Below, in pieces: positions 43,099 to 53,175 of a stretch of DNA of 64,000 nucleotides (position 1 is the stretch's first letter; the number at the start of each line of letters is the position of its first letter). Source of the stretch: Patescibacteria group bacterium (GTDB taxonomy: Bacteria > Patescibacteriota > Microgenomatia > UBA8517); NCBI GenBank assembly GCA_036835125.1, contig DAITMO010000001.1, positions 319,508-383,507 of the forward strand. Direction: 5' to 3'. The notes beneath the pieces were generated by a model. It was not told the DNA's origin. It searched no databases and saw only the letters and a list, made by a program, of their open reading frames with translations. A program made the translations under genes and the position numbers.

Positions 43099-44304
43099 CT
43101 AAAGCTTGAATTCTTTTAGTCCAATCCAGGCAAGCTTAAAAAGAAGAAGTCCGTGATAGAATCTTCTTATGTTTGTTGATCCGTATTCTCTTTCTTTGTA
43201 ACGGATGGGAACTTCAATCACTTTTAAGTTATGTTTTATAGCAGAGAAAATTAGAGCAAAATCTCCAAATGGATCGATTTTTAGGTATTTAAGGTAATCT
43301 TTTTTCATTTTTTCGAAATCTTTTTTCCAGAAGACCTTTGTTCCACAGAGCGTATCTTTAAAATGTTGCCCTAATATCCAGGTAAAAACAAAACCGAAGA
43401 ATTGGTTACCCATTTTATTTAGTGTCTGCATTGCCTGGTCTTCCATTGGGTAGACCAATCTACTACCGTTAGCAAAATCACCAAGTCCATTAGCTAGTAC
43501 GTTGTAGAATTTTGGAAGGTCAGAGGCGGGGACTGTTCTATCTGCATCATAGATCATAAATATATCGTTTGTTGCTTTTTCAAAACCAAGTTTTACTGCG
43601 TCAGCCTTCCCTTTACCTTTTTGTTTGAAAGATTTTATTCTAATGAATTTGTTGTTTTTATATTTTTCTACTTGTTTGCCTATTACCTCCCATGTTTTAT
43701 CTTTAGAACCACCTTCGATGAAAACTATTTCCTGGTTTTTACCGAATTTTGGTATGGATTTAACAATTTTTTCAATGTTTCCTTCTTCGTTTCTTGCAGG
43801 AACAATGATTGAAACAGAATAATCATTGTTTTTGGATCTAAGATTGTTGGTTTTTTGTTTGGCTATTGTTATTGCTGTTATTCCAAAGAACCTTTTTTGA
43901 ATACTAATAACTTCAAATCCACTAAGGTTTAAGATATTTGCTAAATCATCCTGGTCAAGCCAGTTTTGATTTTTTATTTTCTTTCTAAGACCCAAAAATG
44001 AGGCGAAATTCAATACTGGCTCCCAAATGGGATTGTGATATGAGATTAGTACTCTTGTTTCTTTATCTATGTTTTTCTTTAATTCCTCAAAATATTTTTG
44101 GATGTCTGGAATGTCTCCAATAACATTATCAAGAATGATTTCCCCACCGATGGTGGAAAAATCTTTATCAGCAAGCGACCCTAGCTGTGAAGCTTTACTG
44201 AGAAGATAGCACTGTTTCTGGCGTGAAGCTTCATAAACTCTATTTAAGTCACTATGATAGGCTTTTTGGAAAATATTTTGTGGCATTGTATGTCGTTGTG
44301 CCAT
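43099..44304 (-). CDS. two-domain protein: N-terminal methyltransferase-like domain (degenerate SAM motif) fused to a C-terminal GT2 domain
   Basis: N-terminal region ...ISYHNPIWEPVLNFASFLGLRKK is homologous to the C-terminal half of the MT at 42436..43095 (NPIWEPLLMLWETLGLKMK), but its glycine motif is degenerate. The C-terminal half YSVSIIVPARNEEGNIEKIV...FIEGGSKDKT...YDADRTV is GT2. Confidence 0.6.
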   Translation of the reverse strand: MAQRHTMPQNIFQKAYHSDLNRVYEASRQKQCYLLSKASQLGSLADKDFSTIGGEIILDNVIGDIPDIQKYFEELKKNIDKETRVLISYHNPIWEPVLNFASFLGLRKKIKNQNWLDQDDLANILNLSGFEVISIQKRFFGITAITIAKQKTNNLRSKNNDYSVSIIVPARNEEGNIEKIVKSIPKFGKNQEIVFIEGGSKDKTWEVIGKQVEKYKNNKFIRIKSFKQKGKGKADAVKLGFEKATNDIFMIYDADRTVPASDLPKFYNVLANGLGDFANGSRLVYPMEDQAMQTLNKMGNQFFGFVFTWILGQHFKDTLCGTKVFWKKDFEKMKKDYLKYLKIDPFGDFALIFSAIKHNLKVIEVPIRYKEREYGSTNIRRFYHGLLLFKLAWIGLKEFKL

Positions 44305-44316
44305 TATAACTATTAT

Positions 44317-45294
44317 TTATTTTTTGATAAGCATTAATATTAATCCAATTATCTTTTCTTTATCTTTTGGATTGCTCTCAGCCACTAACAAGGTTAAAGC
44401 AGTTAATGCCTCAGGGGAAATTTTTGAAACATTTAAAATATTGGCTTTCTTTAGAAACCAAATAAATGCAAAAGCTCCACTTCTTTTGTTTCCATCGACA
44501 AATGGATGTCCTTTTGCAATAAAGTAAAGCAAATGTGCAGCCTTTTCTTCCAAAGTTGGATATAAATCCTTTTTTCCATATGATTGAAGAATATTTCTAA
44601 CAATAGAATCTATTTCTTCACCTTGTTTTCCTTGACCAAAAAGATTAGTGGCGTTACCCAGATCAATAAGGTTTGTTTTTAGATCAAACAATGCCCTTGT
44701 CAATTCATCAGAAGTTATATCTATTTGTCTTTTAGTACTGCCTTTTGTTGGTAATCCTGACTTGTCATACGTATCAAGAGATAGCCAAGTTGAAGCAAAC
44801 AGTTTTACTAAATCTAGAACATCGGATGTTCTTAGTTCATTGTTTTCAGGAAGATACTTTTTAACATTATCTACAGCTTGCAAAAATGATTGATAATTTT
44901 TAGTTAAACGTTTTTTATTGATAGTATAACCTTGCAAGATGTGTTGTCTTAGTGTTTTGGTGGCCCACTGGCGAAATTTTGTAGCTTTTTTAGAATTGAC
45001 GCGATATCCTATAGATAAAATTAGGTCTAAATTATAGTATTCTATTTTTCTTTTTACCCATCTACCACCCTCATTTTGAACTGTTTCCATTTTGGAAACA
45101 GTTGAACTTCTATCAAGCTCTCTTGTTGCAAATATATTATTGACGTGTTTGGATATTGCTGCTTTTTGAACATCAAAGAGTTTGCCAATTTGAGGTTGTG
45201 TTAAAAATATGTTTTTCCTGGTTTCATCAAACCTGACTTCAACAGCTCCATCGCTGCCTTGATAAACGATTATTTTATTATTTCCATTTGCCAT
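44317..45294 (-). CDS. RhuM-like N-terminal domain fused to Fic/Doc-family domain (Doc-like motif)
   Basis: N-terminal KIIVYQGSDGAVEVRFDETRKNIFLTQPQIGKLFDVQKAAISKHVNNIF matches the RhuM virulence-protein family. C-terminal HPFVDGNKRSGAF is a Doc-type motif (HxFx[DN]GNKR) that lacks the second Arg of the AMPylating Fic motif. Confidence 0.75.
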   Translation of the reverse strand: MANGNNKIIVYQGSDGAVEVRFDETRKNIFLTQPQIGKLFDVQKAAISKHVNNIFATRELDRSSTVSKMETVQNEGGRWVKRKIEYYNLDLILSIGYRVNSKKATKFRQWATKTLRQHILQGYTINKKRLTKNYQSFLQAVDNVKKYLPENNELRTSDVLDLVKLFASTWLSLDTYDKSGLPTKGSTKRQIDITSDELTRALFDLKTNLIDLGNATNLFGQGKQGEEIDSIVRNILQSYGKKDLYPTLEEKAAHLLYFIAKGHPFVDGNKRSGAFAFIWFLKKANILNVSKISPEALTALTLLVAESNPKDKEKIIGLILMLIKK

Positions 45295-45340
45295 ATTTTA
45301 TTTTCTCACACTGTAAAGTTTAGGACCATATTAGTAATTT

Positions 45341-46333
45341 ATGTTTAGTCATATTATACTTGAAGCTATGCGTGAGGTTAAAGTACTTATAAAAAAACCT
45401 TTTGTTCAGTATTTTTTATTTTTTCTCATAGTAGCCACTTATGGAGTTCTCTTTTTGGAAGTAATTAAGTATCCTGGATTCTTCAAAAACTATTTTTTTG
45501 TTGATGCAAAGATCATATTTGCTGCTTCAATATTTCTTTTGACTTTTCTTAACACAAAAACAAAACTGATGCCTCTAGTGTTTAAGATTAACAATATTTT
45601 ATTAGTTGTTCTTACTGCATTATATTTGGGTCTATATCTGCTTGAAGGAGCAAACTATACGAATTATGTTCTTTCAAAATTTGGATTTCATTTAGATGGA
45701 CTAATTCTTCCTGTTCTTTTTGGATTTTTTATTTTTCTTGTTCAAAAGTTTAAAGACGAAGTAGTTAATTTTGGAAAGAAAAGTAAAGTATATCCAGTAT
45801 TTGTACTTTTGATAGTCTATTTTGTGGTTAGAAATTTGAGCTACTCTTTGGAAATGGGAGTTTCCAGGACTTCTTATATTCTTTTCCATTTAGGGAACAC
45901 TTATGACGAAAAGATGACATACCAGTGGGGAGTTTTTTATGACTTTATGTCATTTATCAAAAATAATACTCCGTTAGACTCAACAATTATTATTCCTCCA
46001 GAAGAAGGAGCTTGGCTTATGGGGACAGGGGAACCAAATTTTGTTAGAGCATTCCTTTATCCAAGAACAATTGTTCCAGAAACTCTAATTATTTCTGATG
46101 AGAAAATAGAATCTTATAATGATAATACTTACATTTTAATTTCTTGGGGGCAAGAAGCGTGTCGTCCAGATCCAGATTGTCATGGTTGGCCAAAACAAAA
46201 AATTAAAACTTTTGAAATAATTTATAAAAAACCTGATTCAAGTGACGTAGCTGAAATCAAAAAAGATACTATTTATGATCCTGATAGTAAAACGTATGTA
46301 TATGGTTTGATTAAACCGTTAGTAACTAATTAA
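45341..46333 (+). CDS. hypothetical polytopic membrane protein (cassette copy A, gene 1)
   Basis: N-terminal half has about 6 TM helices. C-terminal soluble domain YDEKMTYQWGVFYDFMSFIKNNTPLDSTIIIPP...AFLYPRTIV is homologous to 49228..50136. Confidence 0.45.
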   Translation: MFSHIILEAMREVKVLIKKPFVQYFLFFLIVATYGVLFLEVIKYPGFFKNYFFVDAKIIFAASIFLLTFLNTKTKLMPLVFKINNILLVVLTALYLGLYLLEGANYTNYVLSKFGFHLDGLILPVLFGFFIFLVQKFKDEVVNFGKKSKVYPVFVLLIVYFVVRNLSYSLEMGVSRTSYILFHLGNTYDEKMTYQWGVFYDFMSFIKNNTPLDSTIIIPPEEGAWLMGTGEPNFVRAFLYPRTIVPETLIISDEKIESYNDNTYILISWGQEACRPDPDCHGWPKQKIKTFEIIYKKPDSSDVAEIKKDTIYDPDSKTYVYGLIKPLVTN

Positions 46334-46336
46334 ATT

Positions 46337-47674
46337 ATGTTCCTATCTATTTTATTTATACTACTTATAACTTTTGGAATTGGTTTACCATTGGTTTTGT
46401 TGATTGCACCAAAGGCTAACACTTTTATAAAACTTGGACTTTCTTTTCCGATTGGGATTGGGATTTTTACACTTCTAATGTTTGGGGCAAACCTTTTAGG
46501 GTTAAGGTTCACATTACTAAATGAATTACTTCTTCTGTTGGTAATTTCTACCCCTTTGGTTTTGATTCAATTGAAAAAAATAAAGTTGTTGTTTAAGGAA
46601 ATAAAAAAGAGAATTAAAAACTCAAAGTTTGATTTGGCAGAAAAGATTATATTGGGAATATCGGCCTTTCTTATCGTTGTAAGTTTTATTAATACTTTTT
46701 ATTGGCCTGTTTACATGTGGGATTCTGTTGTTCTTTATGATTTTAGAGGACACGTGTTTGCTTCAACTGGTTTTATGAAAGATGTTTTTATTAATCCGTA
46801 TTATTATAGTTACCCGCTTTTAACTTCACTCACCCATACAATAGTTTATCTCTGTGGTGGAAAATATCCTCAGTTTATTTATTCGATCTTTTACTTGTCA
46901 CTAGGGATTTCTTTTTATGGGCTTTTGAGAGAATTTGTTTCTAGAAAAACGGGACTTATTTTTACATTGCTACTTTTAATGACTGGACCACTTTTTTATC
47001 ACTCACTATATTCCTACACAAACCTTACTTATACAGTTTATTTAAGTCTTGGAGCAATTCTAATATACCTTTGGGACAAAAAGGGGAATATTGGATACCT
47101 GATTTTGTCAGCTCTTATGGTAGGTCTCTCAACGTGGGTTAGGGCAACTGAGCCGTTTTGGTTGGCATCAATATTGATTGTTGTTGTGATATCAATTTTA
47201 AGAAAAAAGATATTAGGATTATTTATATATCCTTTAATTGTGGTCTTAATCCATGAAGTTTGGAGAAATTATCGAATCTTTTTGGCGAGTACTAGTAAAT
47301 CAACTGTAGCGGAAGTTGCTTCGTACACAGGAATATTGCCTTCAATATTTGATTTGGAAAGATGGAGACAAATAATTGTTTATTTATATAAATATACAAT
47401 TATTCCATGGGGATCCATATTCATTGCCTTTATTTTAGCCTTGGTTGTTATCATTTTTCAAAAGAAACTTAAAAAATTCTGGTTGGTATTTACTATTACA
47501 ATAGTTTTCTTAGCTGTCGTTGTTTTAGGGACACTATATTATAGTTTGACTTTTATTGACTGGTATCGAATTGGAGATGCAGTTGAACGTCTCTCTATGA
47601 TTTTTTATCCGTTGTTTGTTTATTCTTCGTTCTTGGTACTGTATGATTTAGGCAGTAAAGAAAAACATGATTAA
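46337..47674 (+). CDS. polytopic membrane protein, putative GT-C-like (cassette copy A, gene 2)
   Basis: YWPVYMWDSVVLYDFRGHVF...YPLLTSLTHTIVYLCGG..PQFIYSIFYLSLGISFYGL is homologous to 50138..51454. Confidence 0.45.
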   Translation: MFLSILFILLITFGIGLPLVLLIAPKANTFIKLGLSFPIGIGIFTLLMFGANLLGLRFTLLNELLLLLVISTPLVLIQLKKIKLLFKEIKKRIKNSKFDLAEKIILGISAFLIVVSFINTFYWPVYMWDSVVLYDFRGHVFASTGFMKDVFINPYYYSYPLLTSLTHTIVYLCGGKYPQFIYSIFYLSLGISFYGLLREFVSRKTGLIFTLLLLMTGPLFYHSLYSYTNLTYTVYLSLGAILIYLWDKKGNIGYLILSALMVGLSTWVRATEPFWLASILIVVVISILRKKILGLFIYPLIVVLIHEVWRNYRIFLASTSKSTVAEVASYTGILPSIFDLERWRQIIVYLYKYTIIPWGSIFIAFILALVVIIFQKKLKKFWLVFTITIVFLAVVVLGTLYYSLTFIDWYRIGDAVERLSMIFYPLFVYSSFLVLYDLGSKEKHD

Positions 47675-49238
47675 GTTTCTGAAAAATAAATGGCCCATTC
47701 TGACTATTGTTGCTTTCTGGTTACCGATAACCTTTTATAATACCAAGATTTATTGGATGTTGGTTGATGATGGTGGTGATGTTGTTTTTGCGAGAACATT
47801 ATTTGAAAAGTTTTCTCATCTCTATATTGGACAATTTATATCACAACTCCTTGAAACAGGGGGAAGGTTTCGCCCTATATATTGGTTTTATCACACTTGG
47901 GTGTGGCTGATCGGGGGTAACAGTTTTCAATTTCAACATTTTGCACACATGATTGTTATAGGAATAACAGTTCTTTTTATATATTTAATTGTACATGAAA
48001 TATCTAAATCAAAAGTGTTGGCACTTTTTGCATCATTTTTTTATTTTTTTGTTCCACTCAATACAGAAAATATAATGAGGCTTGGTCCTCAGGAACCCCT
48101 CATGGCTATGTTTTTTGCGATTTTTTTCTACCTTGTTATTAAAACCAAAAAAATATTTTTATCGTCTCTGATGCTTGCCTTGGCTGTATTTACCAAAGAA
48201 ACTGCATTAGCTATTTTGCCGATTATATTTATTTATTATCTATATGAAAAGAAAAACTCTTCCAATAAAGATCTAAAAATTAGTTTCAGGTTGTTGTTCA
48301 CAGTTGGAACATCTGCGTTGATCATGATACTCATTACCTTCTTAAGAAGGAGCGGTTACAGCACAAATTATTCTTTTGATGCACAGATGATTATGAAAAA
48401 TATAATTGTCTACTTTAGAGAATTAACAATTGGCACTTCTGGTATATTTCCGTTTGTTCCATCACTTTATCTGCTTAGGAACGTAAGAAAAATAATTAGA
48501 AAACAGCAATTTTTTGAAACAAGAATTGATTTATTCGAATTTTTATTTTTTGGAGCCTTCTTGTGTTTCTTGGTAATTCAGCTTCCATGGGCCTACGCCC
48601 TTACGCGTTATCTAATGCCCGCAATTTTATTCCTTACATTATTTATGTTTTTAGAAATATATCAGAATATTCTAATTCTGCGTAAGTTTAATTTTGTCAA
48701 AAAACATTCAAAATCTTTTACAATATTATCAATACTATTGGTTTTTTACACAATGTCATTATGGTGGTTGGATGTTGTTTTAAAAGAAAGTTCATCAGCA
48801 TCTTACCAAAATGTCTATCAGGAAATATCAAAAGTTCCACAAAATACAGTTATATTGATGAATATGGCAGAAGGTGAATCTACAATGGAATTGGTATATG
48901 AAATACAAGTCATTTTGAATGAATTCTGGGATAGAAGAGATATAAGGTCAGAATATCTGGACATGGATAATTTACCAGATGAGAAATACATAATAATAGA
49001 CTCAGCACAGTTTCTTAGAAAATATCCAAAAGAAGAATTGATAAGAGTTTTCGGAAAAGAGTTCTATTCTACTGAAAATGTTTCCAGAAGATTAGTGTTA
49101 ACAACACCCCTCGAGTTAATAAAACAATCGCTTAAAAAAGTAATTAATGCAATTTTATATAAAAAAGAATTCAGTCCAGAAGGTATTTATACATATTATC
49201 AAAGTTACAGTAATTGGTATTTTTTCAATGAAAAATAA
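47667..49238 (+). CDS. polytopic membrane protein, putative GT-C-like
   Basis: 523 aa with MLVDDGGDV acidic loop, GGRFRPIYWFYH, and FAVFTKETALAILPI typical of the ArnT/PMT-like core. C-terminal soluble domain. Confidence 0.4.
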   Translation: MIKFLKNKWPILTIVAFWLPITFYNTKIYWMLVDDGGDVVFARTLFEKFSHLYIGQFISQLLETGGRFRPIYWFYHTWVWLIGGNSFQFQHFAHMIVIGITVLFIYLIVHEISKSKVLALFASFFYFFVPLNTENIMRLGPQEPLMAMFFAIFFYLVIKTKKIFLSSLMLALAVFTKETALAILPIIFIYYLYEKKNSSNKDLKISFRLLFTVGTSALIMILITFLRRSGYSTNYSFDAQMIMKNIIVYFRELTIGTSGIFPFVPSLYLLRNVRKIIRKQQFFETRIDLFEFLFFGAFLCFLVIQLPWAYALTRYLMPAILFLTLFMFLEIYQNILILRKFNFVKKHSKSFTILSILLVFYTMSLWWLDVVLKESSSASYQNVYQEISKVPQNTVILMNMAEGESTMELVYEIQVILNEFWDRRDIRSEYLDMDNLPDEKYIIIDSAQFLRKYPKEELIRVFGKEFYSTENVSRRLVLTTPLELIKQSLKKVINAILYKKEFSPEGIYTYYQSYSNWYFFNEK

Positions 49239-50136
49239 AATTTTATTCAATTTAATAAATGCATTATTATTAACGCTTCTAGCAAGTTCATTGGTTGAGG
49301 CGTTTACTTATTCAGGGTTTTTGATAAAACATTTTGGTTTGGGAATTGGTTTAGCGCTTCTTTCTATATTTGCACTATCGTTTTATCTTTTTAGAAAAAT
49401 TTATAAAAATTCAATTATCATGAAAATGCTTGTTATGGCGACATATTTGATGACTATTCTTTACCTTATTTTTAGTACTTTAGAAAAGATTAATTATTCA
49501 AATTATGTTTTTAGCCACTTTCACCTTCATCCGTATTTGTTTTTGTTATCAACAATATTAATGTCCTTATTATTTCTGATAAACGACAAAACGACAAAAG
49601 TAAATATATACATCTATGTAGTTTTGTTTATTGTTTCGTTGCAATATCTAATTAATGGTGCGACAGAAATAAGTAGGTCACACATCGGCTTCATGTTTAA
49701 AAATATAAATGCAAATTATAATGAGAAAATGGAAGTTTTGGTAGAAAAAATTCCTTATGATTTCGCGATGTTTATCAAAAACAATACACCTGAGAATTCA
49801 ACAATATTAATTCCACCTCAATCCTATCCTTGGGACAAAACAAGCAATGTTGGATATTTGAGATATTTCTTGTATCCAAGGAATCTCATCAATGGTGGTG
49901 AAAAAAATTCTGCTGTAGATTTAAGTACGATTGATTTTGTATTAATTGATTATGGAGAGACAAATATTTCAGAAAATGGTTTTACAAATGTTTGGCCAAA
50001 GTTTGACGTAAAAGGAAATAGTATACTTTATTGGAATCCTGAGACAGGAGAGACGATAGAAGACAAAACAGGAATTTATAAATATAACGAGAATGACAGG
50101 TCTGAAAAATGGGGAATAATAAGGATTAAGCATTAA
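49228..50136 (+). CDS. hypothetical polytopic membrane protein (cassette copy B, gene 1)
   Basis: YNEKMEVLVEKIPYDFAMFIKNNTPENSTILIPP...YFLYPRNLI is paralogous to 45341..46333. The ATG at 49228 overlaps the upstream stop by 11 nt; the ORF extends to 49147. Confidence 0.4.
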   Translation: MKNKILFNLINALLLTLLASSLVEAFTYSGFLIKHFGLGIGLALLSIFALSFYLFRKIYKNSIIMKMLVMATYLMTILYLIFSTLEKINYSNYVFSHFHLHPYLFLLSTILMSLLFLINDKTTKVNIYIYVVLFIVSLQYLINGATEISRSHIGFMFKNINANYNEKMEVLVEKIPYDFAMFIKNNTPENSTILIPPQSYPWDKTSNVGYLRYFLYPRNLINGGEKNSAVDLSTIDFVLIDYGETNISENGFTNVWPKFDVKGNSILYWNPETGETIEDKTGIYKYNENDRSEKWGIIRIKH

Positions 50137-50137
50137 T

Positions 50138-51454
50138 ATGTTGATAATACCTTTTCTTTTGTTGTTACTTTTTTTGGGTTTACTTATAACAATTACCCTG
50201 AAGATTAAGGTTGGGTTGGTCGAAAGACTTTCTCTTTCTTATCTTTCAGGAATCGGGATTTCTACTTTCTTTGTTTTTGCTTTTGACATCATTTTTAATA
50301 TCAATTACAGTATTAATAATACTTTCTCCATTCTAATATGTCTTTGTGTGATTCTTTTTGCAATTAAATACAAGGACACAGTTGAATTTTTAAGAACTGT
50401 TAGATTTGTTAAAAAACCTTTGAAATGGCAGACTGTTTTATTTTGGTCATTTGTTTTATTGTTTTTTACTTACACACTTTTAAAGAACGCTTACTGGCCA
50501 ATTTCTGATTGGGATGCTTTAGCAATGTACGATTTCAGAGCAAAAGTTCTATTAGTTAATTCGAATTTGGTACAAGCCGCTCTAACTAACGGCTATTTTA
50601 TTGGATATCCACTTCTCACCTCTTTGGGCCACCTTTTTGTCTATCAGATTGGACTGAATAATCCAAAATTTATATATAGTTTGTTTTATCTTTCTTTTGT
50701 TTGTATATTTTACTATTCGCTTAAAAGAAACATTAGTGAAAATAAAGCAATGTTCTATTCTCTCTTGCTTTCCATGATTCCGGAAATATTTTCCCATGCC
50801 ACAATGGCATATACTAATCTGCCCTATACAATTTATTTGTGTTCAGGAGTTTTTTATTTGTATGAGTGGATTAGAAGTAAGAAACTTTCCTGGTTATTGA
50901 TATCTGCCGTAATGGTAAGTTTGTCTATCTGGGTGAGATTTTCTGAGCCTTTTTGGTTTGTTCCAGTTCTAGTCGTAATTACAGTTTCCTTCAAACAAAG
51001 AAAATGGCTGTCAATTATTTATTATTTATTTTTTATTTTGATTTCTTGGGGTTTTTGGAATTATTTCACAGTTTTTATGAACACAATGATCCAACCTAGT
51101 TTGAAAGCCTCAATTCCCAGTGTAGTTTCCGTTGGAAAAATGACGATTTTAACCAGGACTTTGATGGTATCAGATTTTCTTTATAAATACGTCTTTTCTA
51201 CATGGGGTTTGGTGTTCTTACTATATATTTTGGCAACTTTTAGGGCATTTACGGATAAATACAAGTATATCTTATATATAAATTTACTCTTCTTTGTAAT
51301 TCTATTTGTTGGGACATTTAGTTTTGCTAACGCCTACCCACGTTGGCAAGACATTCCTGATTCAGCTAGAAGAATGAGTATATTTTTCTTACCATTAATG
51401 ATCTTTTCAACAGCCATCTATATGGAAACACGTTCAAAACGATCAATTCAATGA
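50138..51454 (+). CDS. polytopic membrane protein, putative GT-C-like (cassette copy B, gene 2)
   Basis: YWPISDWDALAMYDFRAKVL...YPLLTSLGHLFVYQIG..PKFIYSLFYLSFVCIFYYSL is paralogous to 46337..47674. Confidence 0.45.
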   Translation: MLIIPFLLLLLFLGLLITITLKIKVGLVERLSLSYLSGIGISTFFVFAFDIIFNINYSINNTFSILICLCVILFAIKYKDTVEFLRTVRFVKKPLKWQTVLFWSFVLLFFTYTLLKNAYWPISDWDALAMYDFRAKVLLVNSNLVQAALTNGYFIGYPLLTSLGHLFVYQIGLNNPKFIYSLFYLSFVCIFYYSLKRNISENKAMFYSLLLSMIPEIFSHATMAYTNLPYTIYLCSGVFYLYEWIRSKKLSWLLISAVMVSLSIWVRFSEPFWFVPVLVVITVSFKQRKWLSIIYYLFFILISWGFWNYFTVFMNTMIQPSLKASIPSVVSVGKMTILTRTLMVSDFLYKYVFSTWGLVFLLYILATFRAFTDKYKYILYINLLFFVILFVGTFSFANAYPRWQDIPDSARRMSIFFLPLMIFSTAIYMETRSKRSIQ

Positions 51455-52227
51455 AACATCATCCATTTTTTACTATAGTTACATGTACAAAAAACTCAGG
51501 AAAATTCTTGAGAAAAAATTTAAAATCTGTGGCATCACAGACGTTTAAGGATTATGAACAAATAATTATTGATGGAAGTTCTATAGACAAAACAGTAGAA
51601 ATATCAAAAATTTTTATAAACAAAGATCAAAATGTCAAATTATTTATATATCCACCAAAAGGTATCAGTAATGCATTCAATTTGGGTATTAAAAAATCAC
51701 TTGGTAAGTATCTATTTTTTTTAAATAGTGATGATTATTTGTATGATAATGATGTCTTAAAAAATGTAAGTATATTTTTAAGTAAAAATCCAGACTTGGA
51801 TTGGATGTATGGTAGAATAAATGTAATTAGAGAAAACGGCAAAAAAATTGGAGAATTCCCCAAATGGAAAATATTCCAATTTCCACATAAATACCTTTTA
51901 AAATATATCAATTTTATTCCCCACCAAGGAGTTTTTATGAAGAGAAGTGTTATTAAAAGATTTGGTGGTTTTAATGAAAACTTGAAGGCAAATATGGATT
52001 ATGACCTTTGGTTACGTATTGCACAAAAGACAAAATGGAATTTTTACGATAGGTTAATATCAAATTACACCGTTAGAGAGGGTTCTGTTTCATCTAGTTA
52101 TGACAACAGGAATTCTGTACTAAATGAGTTTGAAAACATCCAAGGAAAACATTTAAATATATTTGAAGCTAAGATTGCAGAAAAATTAAATATTTTGTTG
52201 ATAAAAATCAATAAAATATATCGTTAA
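51451..52227 (+). CDS. GT2 glycosyltransferase
   Basis: FTIVTCTKNSGKFL...IIIDGSSIDKT...LNSDDY. ATGA overlap with the upstream gene. Confidence 0.7.
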   Translation: MKHHPFFTIVTCTKNSGKFLRKNLKSVASQTFKDYEQIIIDGSSIDKTVEISKIFINKDQNVKLFIYPPKGISNAFNLGIKKSLGKYLFFLNSDDYLYDNDVLKNVSIFLSKNPDLDWMYGRINVIRENGKKIGEFPKWKIFQFPHKYLLKYINFIPHQGVFMKRSVIKRFGGFNENLKANMDYDLWLRIAQKTKWNFYDRLISNYTVREGSVSSSYDNRNSVLNEFENIQGKHLNIFEAKIAEKLNILLIKINKIYR

Positions 52228-52239
52228 GATTTTTAGAAT

Positions 52240-53175
52240 ATGTCTAACAAAACACCCATATTATTAATTATTTTCAATAGACCTGAAACAACACAAAGAG
52301 TGTTTGATATTGTAAAAGAATACAAGCCTAAAATGTTGTTTATTGCTGCAGATGGACCAAGGAAAAGTAAAATTGGTGAAGATGTAAAATGTAATGAAGC
52401 TAGAAAGATTACAGAAAATATTGATTGGCCCTGTAAGGTCAAAAGGTTGTATCAAAGAAACAATTTAGGTTGCGGGGTTGGTCCTTATAAGGCAATATCG
52501 TGGTTTTTTAAAAATGTCAAAGAAGGAATTATCTTGGAAGATGATTGTTTACCTGATATAAGTTTTTTTCAATTTTGTAGTGAAATGCTTGCCAAATATA
52601 GGAATATAGAAAGAATTATGCATATTGGTGGTAATAATTTTCAAAAACCATATCAACAAAATGCATACACATATTATTTCTCAAAGTATCCTCAAAGCTG
52701 GGGGTGGGCTACTTGGAGAAGGGCTTGGGAACATTATGATTTTGAGATGAAAGATTGGCCGATTGTCAAAAAGTTGAAAAAATTTGACATTGTTTTTAAT
52801 TCATATATGGAGAAAAAATATTGGCATACCATTTTTGATTTCAATTTCTATTTTAAAAATAAAGATATATGGGACTATCAATGGGTTTATGCGATTTGGA
52901 AAAATAGTGGAATGGCTATAATTCCAGATATAAATCTTGTTAAGAACATAGGTTTTAATAGTAACGCTACACATACAACAAATATATTGGCTATAGCAAA
53001 GAACCTGACTTTAAATAAAATGAGATTTCCACTAAAACACCCCAAGTCAATTTCAGTAGATAAGCTTAAAGATGCCTATTTATTCAAAAATGGTTATAAT
53101 AATAAATTAATCACAATGGTTTATATTTTCGTTGCACGCCATTATAAAATATGGCAATCTAGAAATCTTTTATGA
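52240..53175 (+). CDS. GT-A glycosyltransferase resembling GnT-I (GT13-like), EDD motif
   Basis: ILLIIFNRPETTQRVFDIV...LFIAADGPR and GIILEDDCLPDISFFQF align with the GnT-I (MGAT1) VVEDDLEVAPDFFEYF catalytic EDD region. Confidence 0.5.
   Translation: MSNKTPILLIIFNRPETTQRVFDIVKEYKPKMLFIAADGPRKSKIGEDVKCNEARKITENIDWPCKVKRLYQRNNLGCGVGPYKAISWFFKNVKEGIILEDDCLPDISFFQFCSEMLAKYRNIERIMHIGGNNFQKPYQQNAYTYYFSKYPQSWGWATWRRAWEHYDFEMKDWPIVKKLKKFDIVFNSYMEKKYWHTIFDFNFYFKNKDIWDYQWVYAIWKNSGMAIIPDINLVKNIGFNSNATHTTNILAIAKNLTLNKMRFPLKHPKSISVDKLKDAYLFKNGYNNKLITMVYIFVARHYKIWQSRNLL

Noticed and set aside
43099-45294. Mobile element or integrase accounting for the minus-strand island
   Set aside because: No transposase, integrase, tRNA attachment site or terminal inverted repeats are recognisable. 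Only strand polarity and gene content set it apart.
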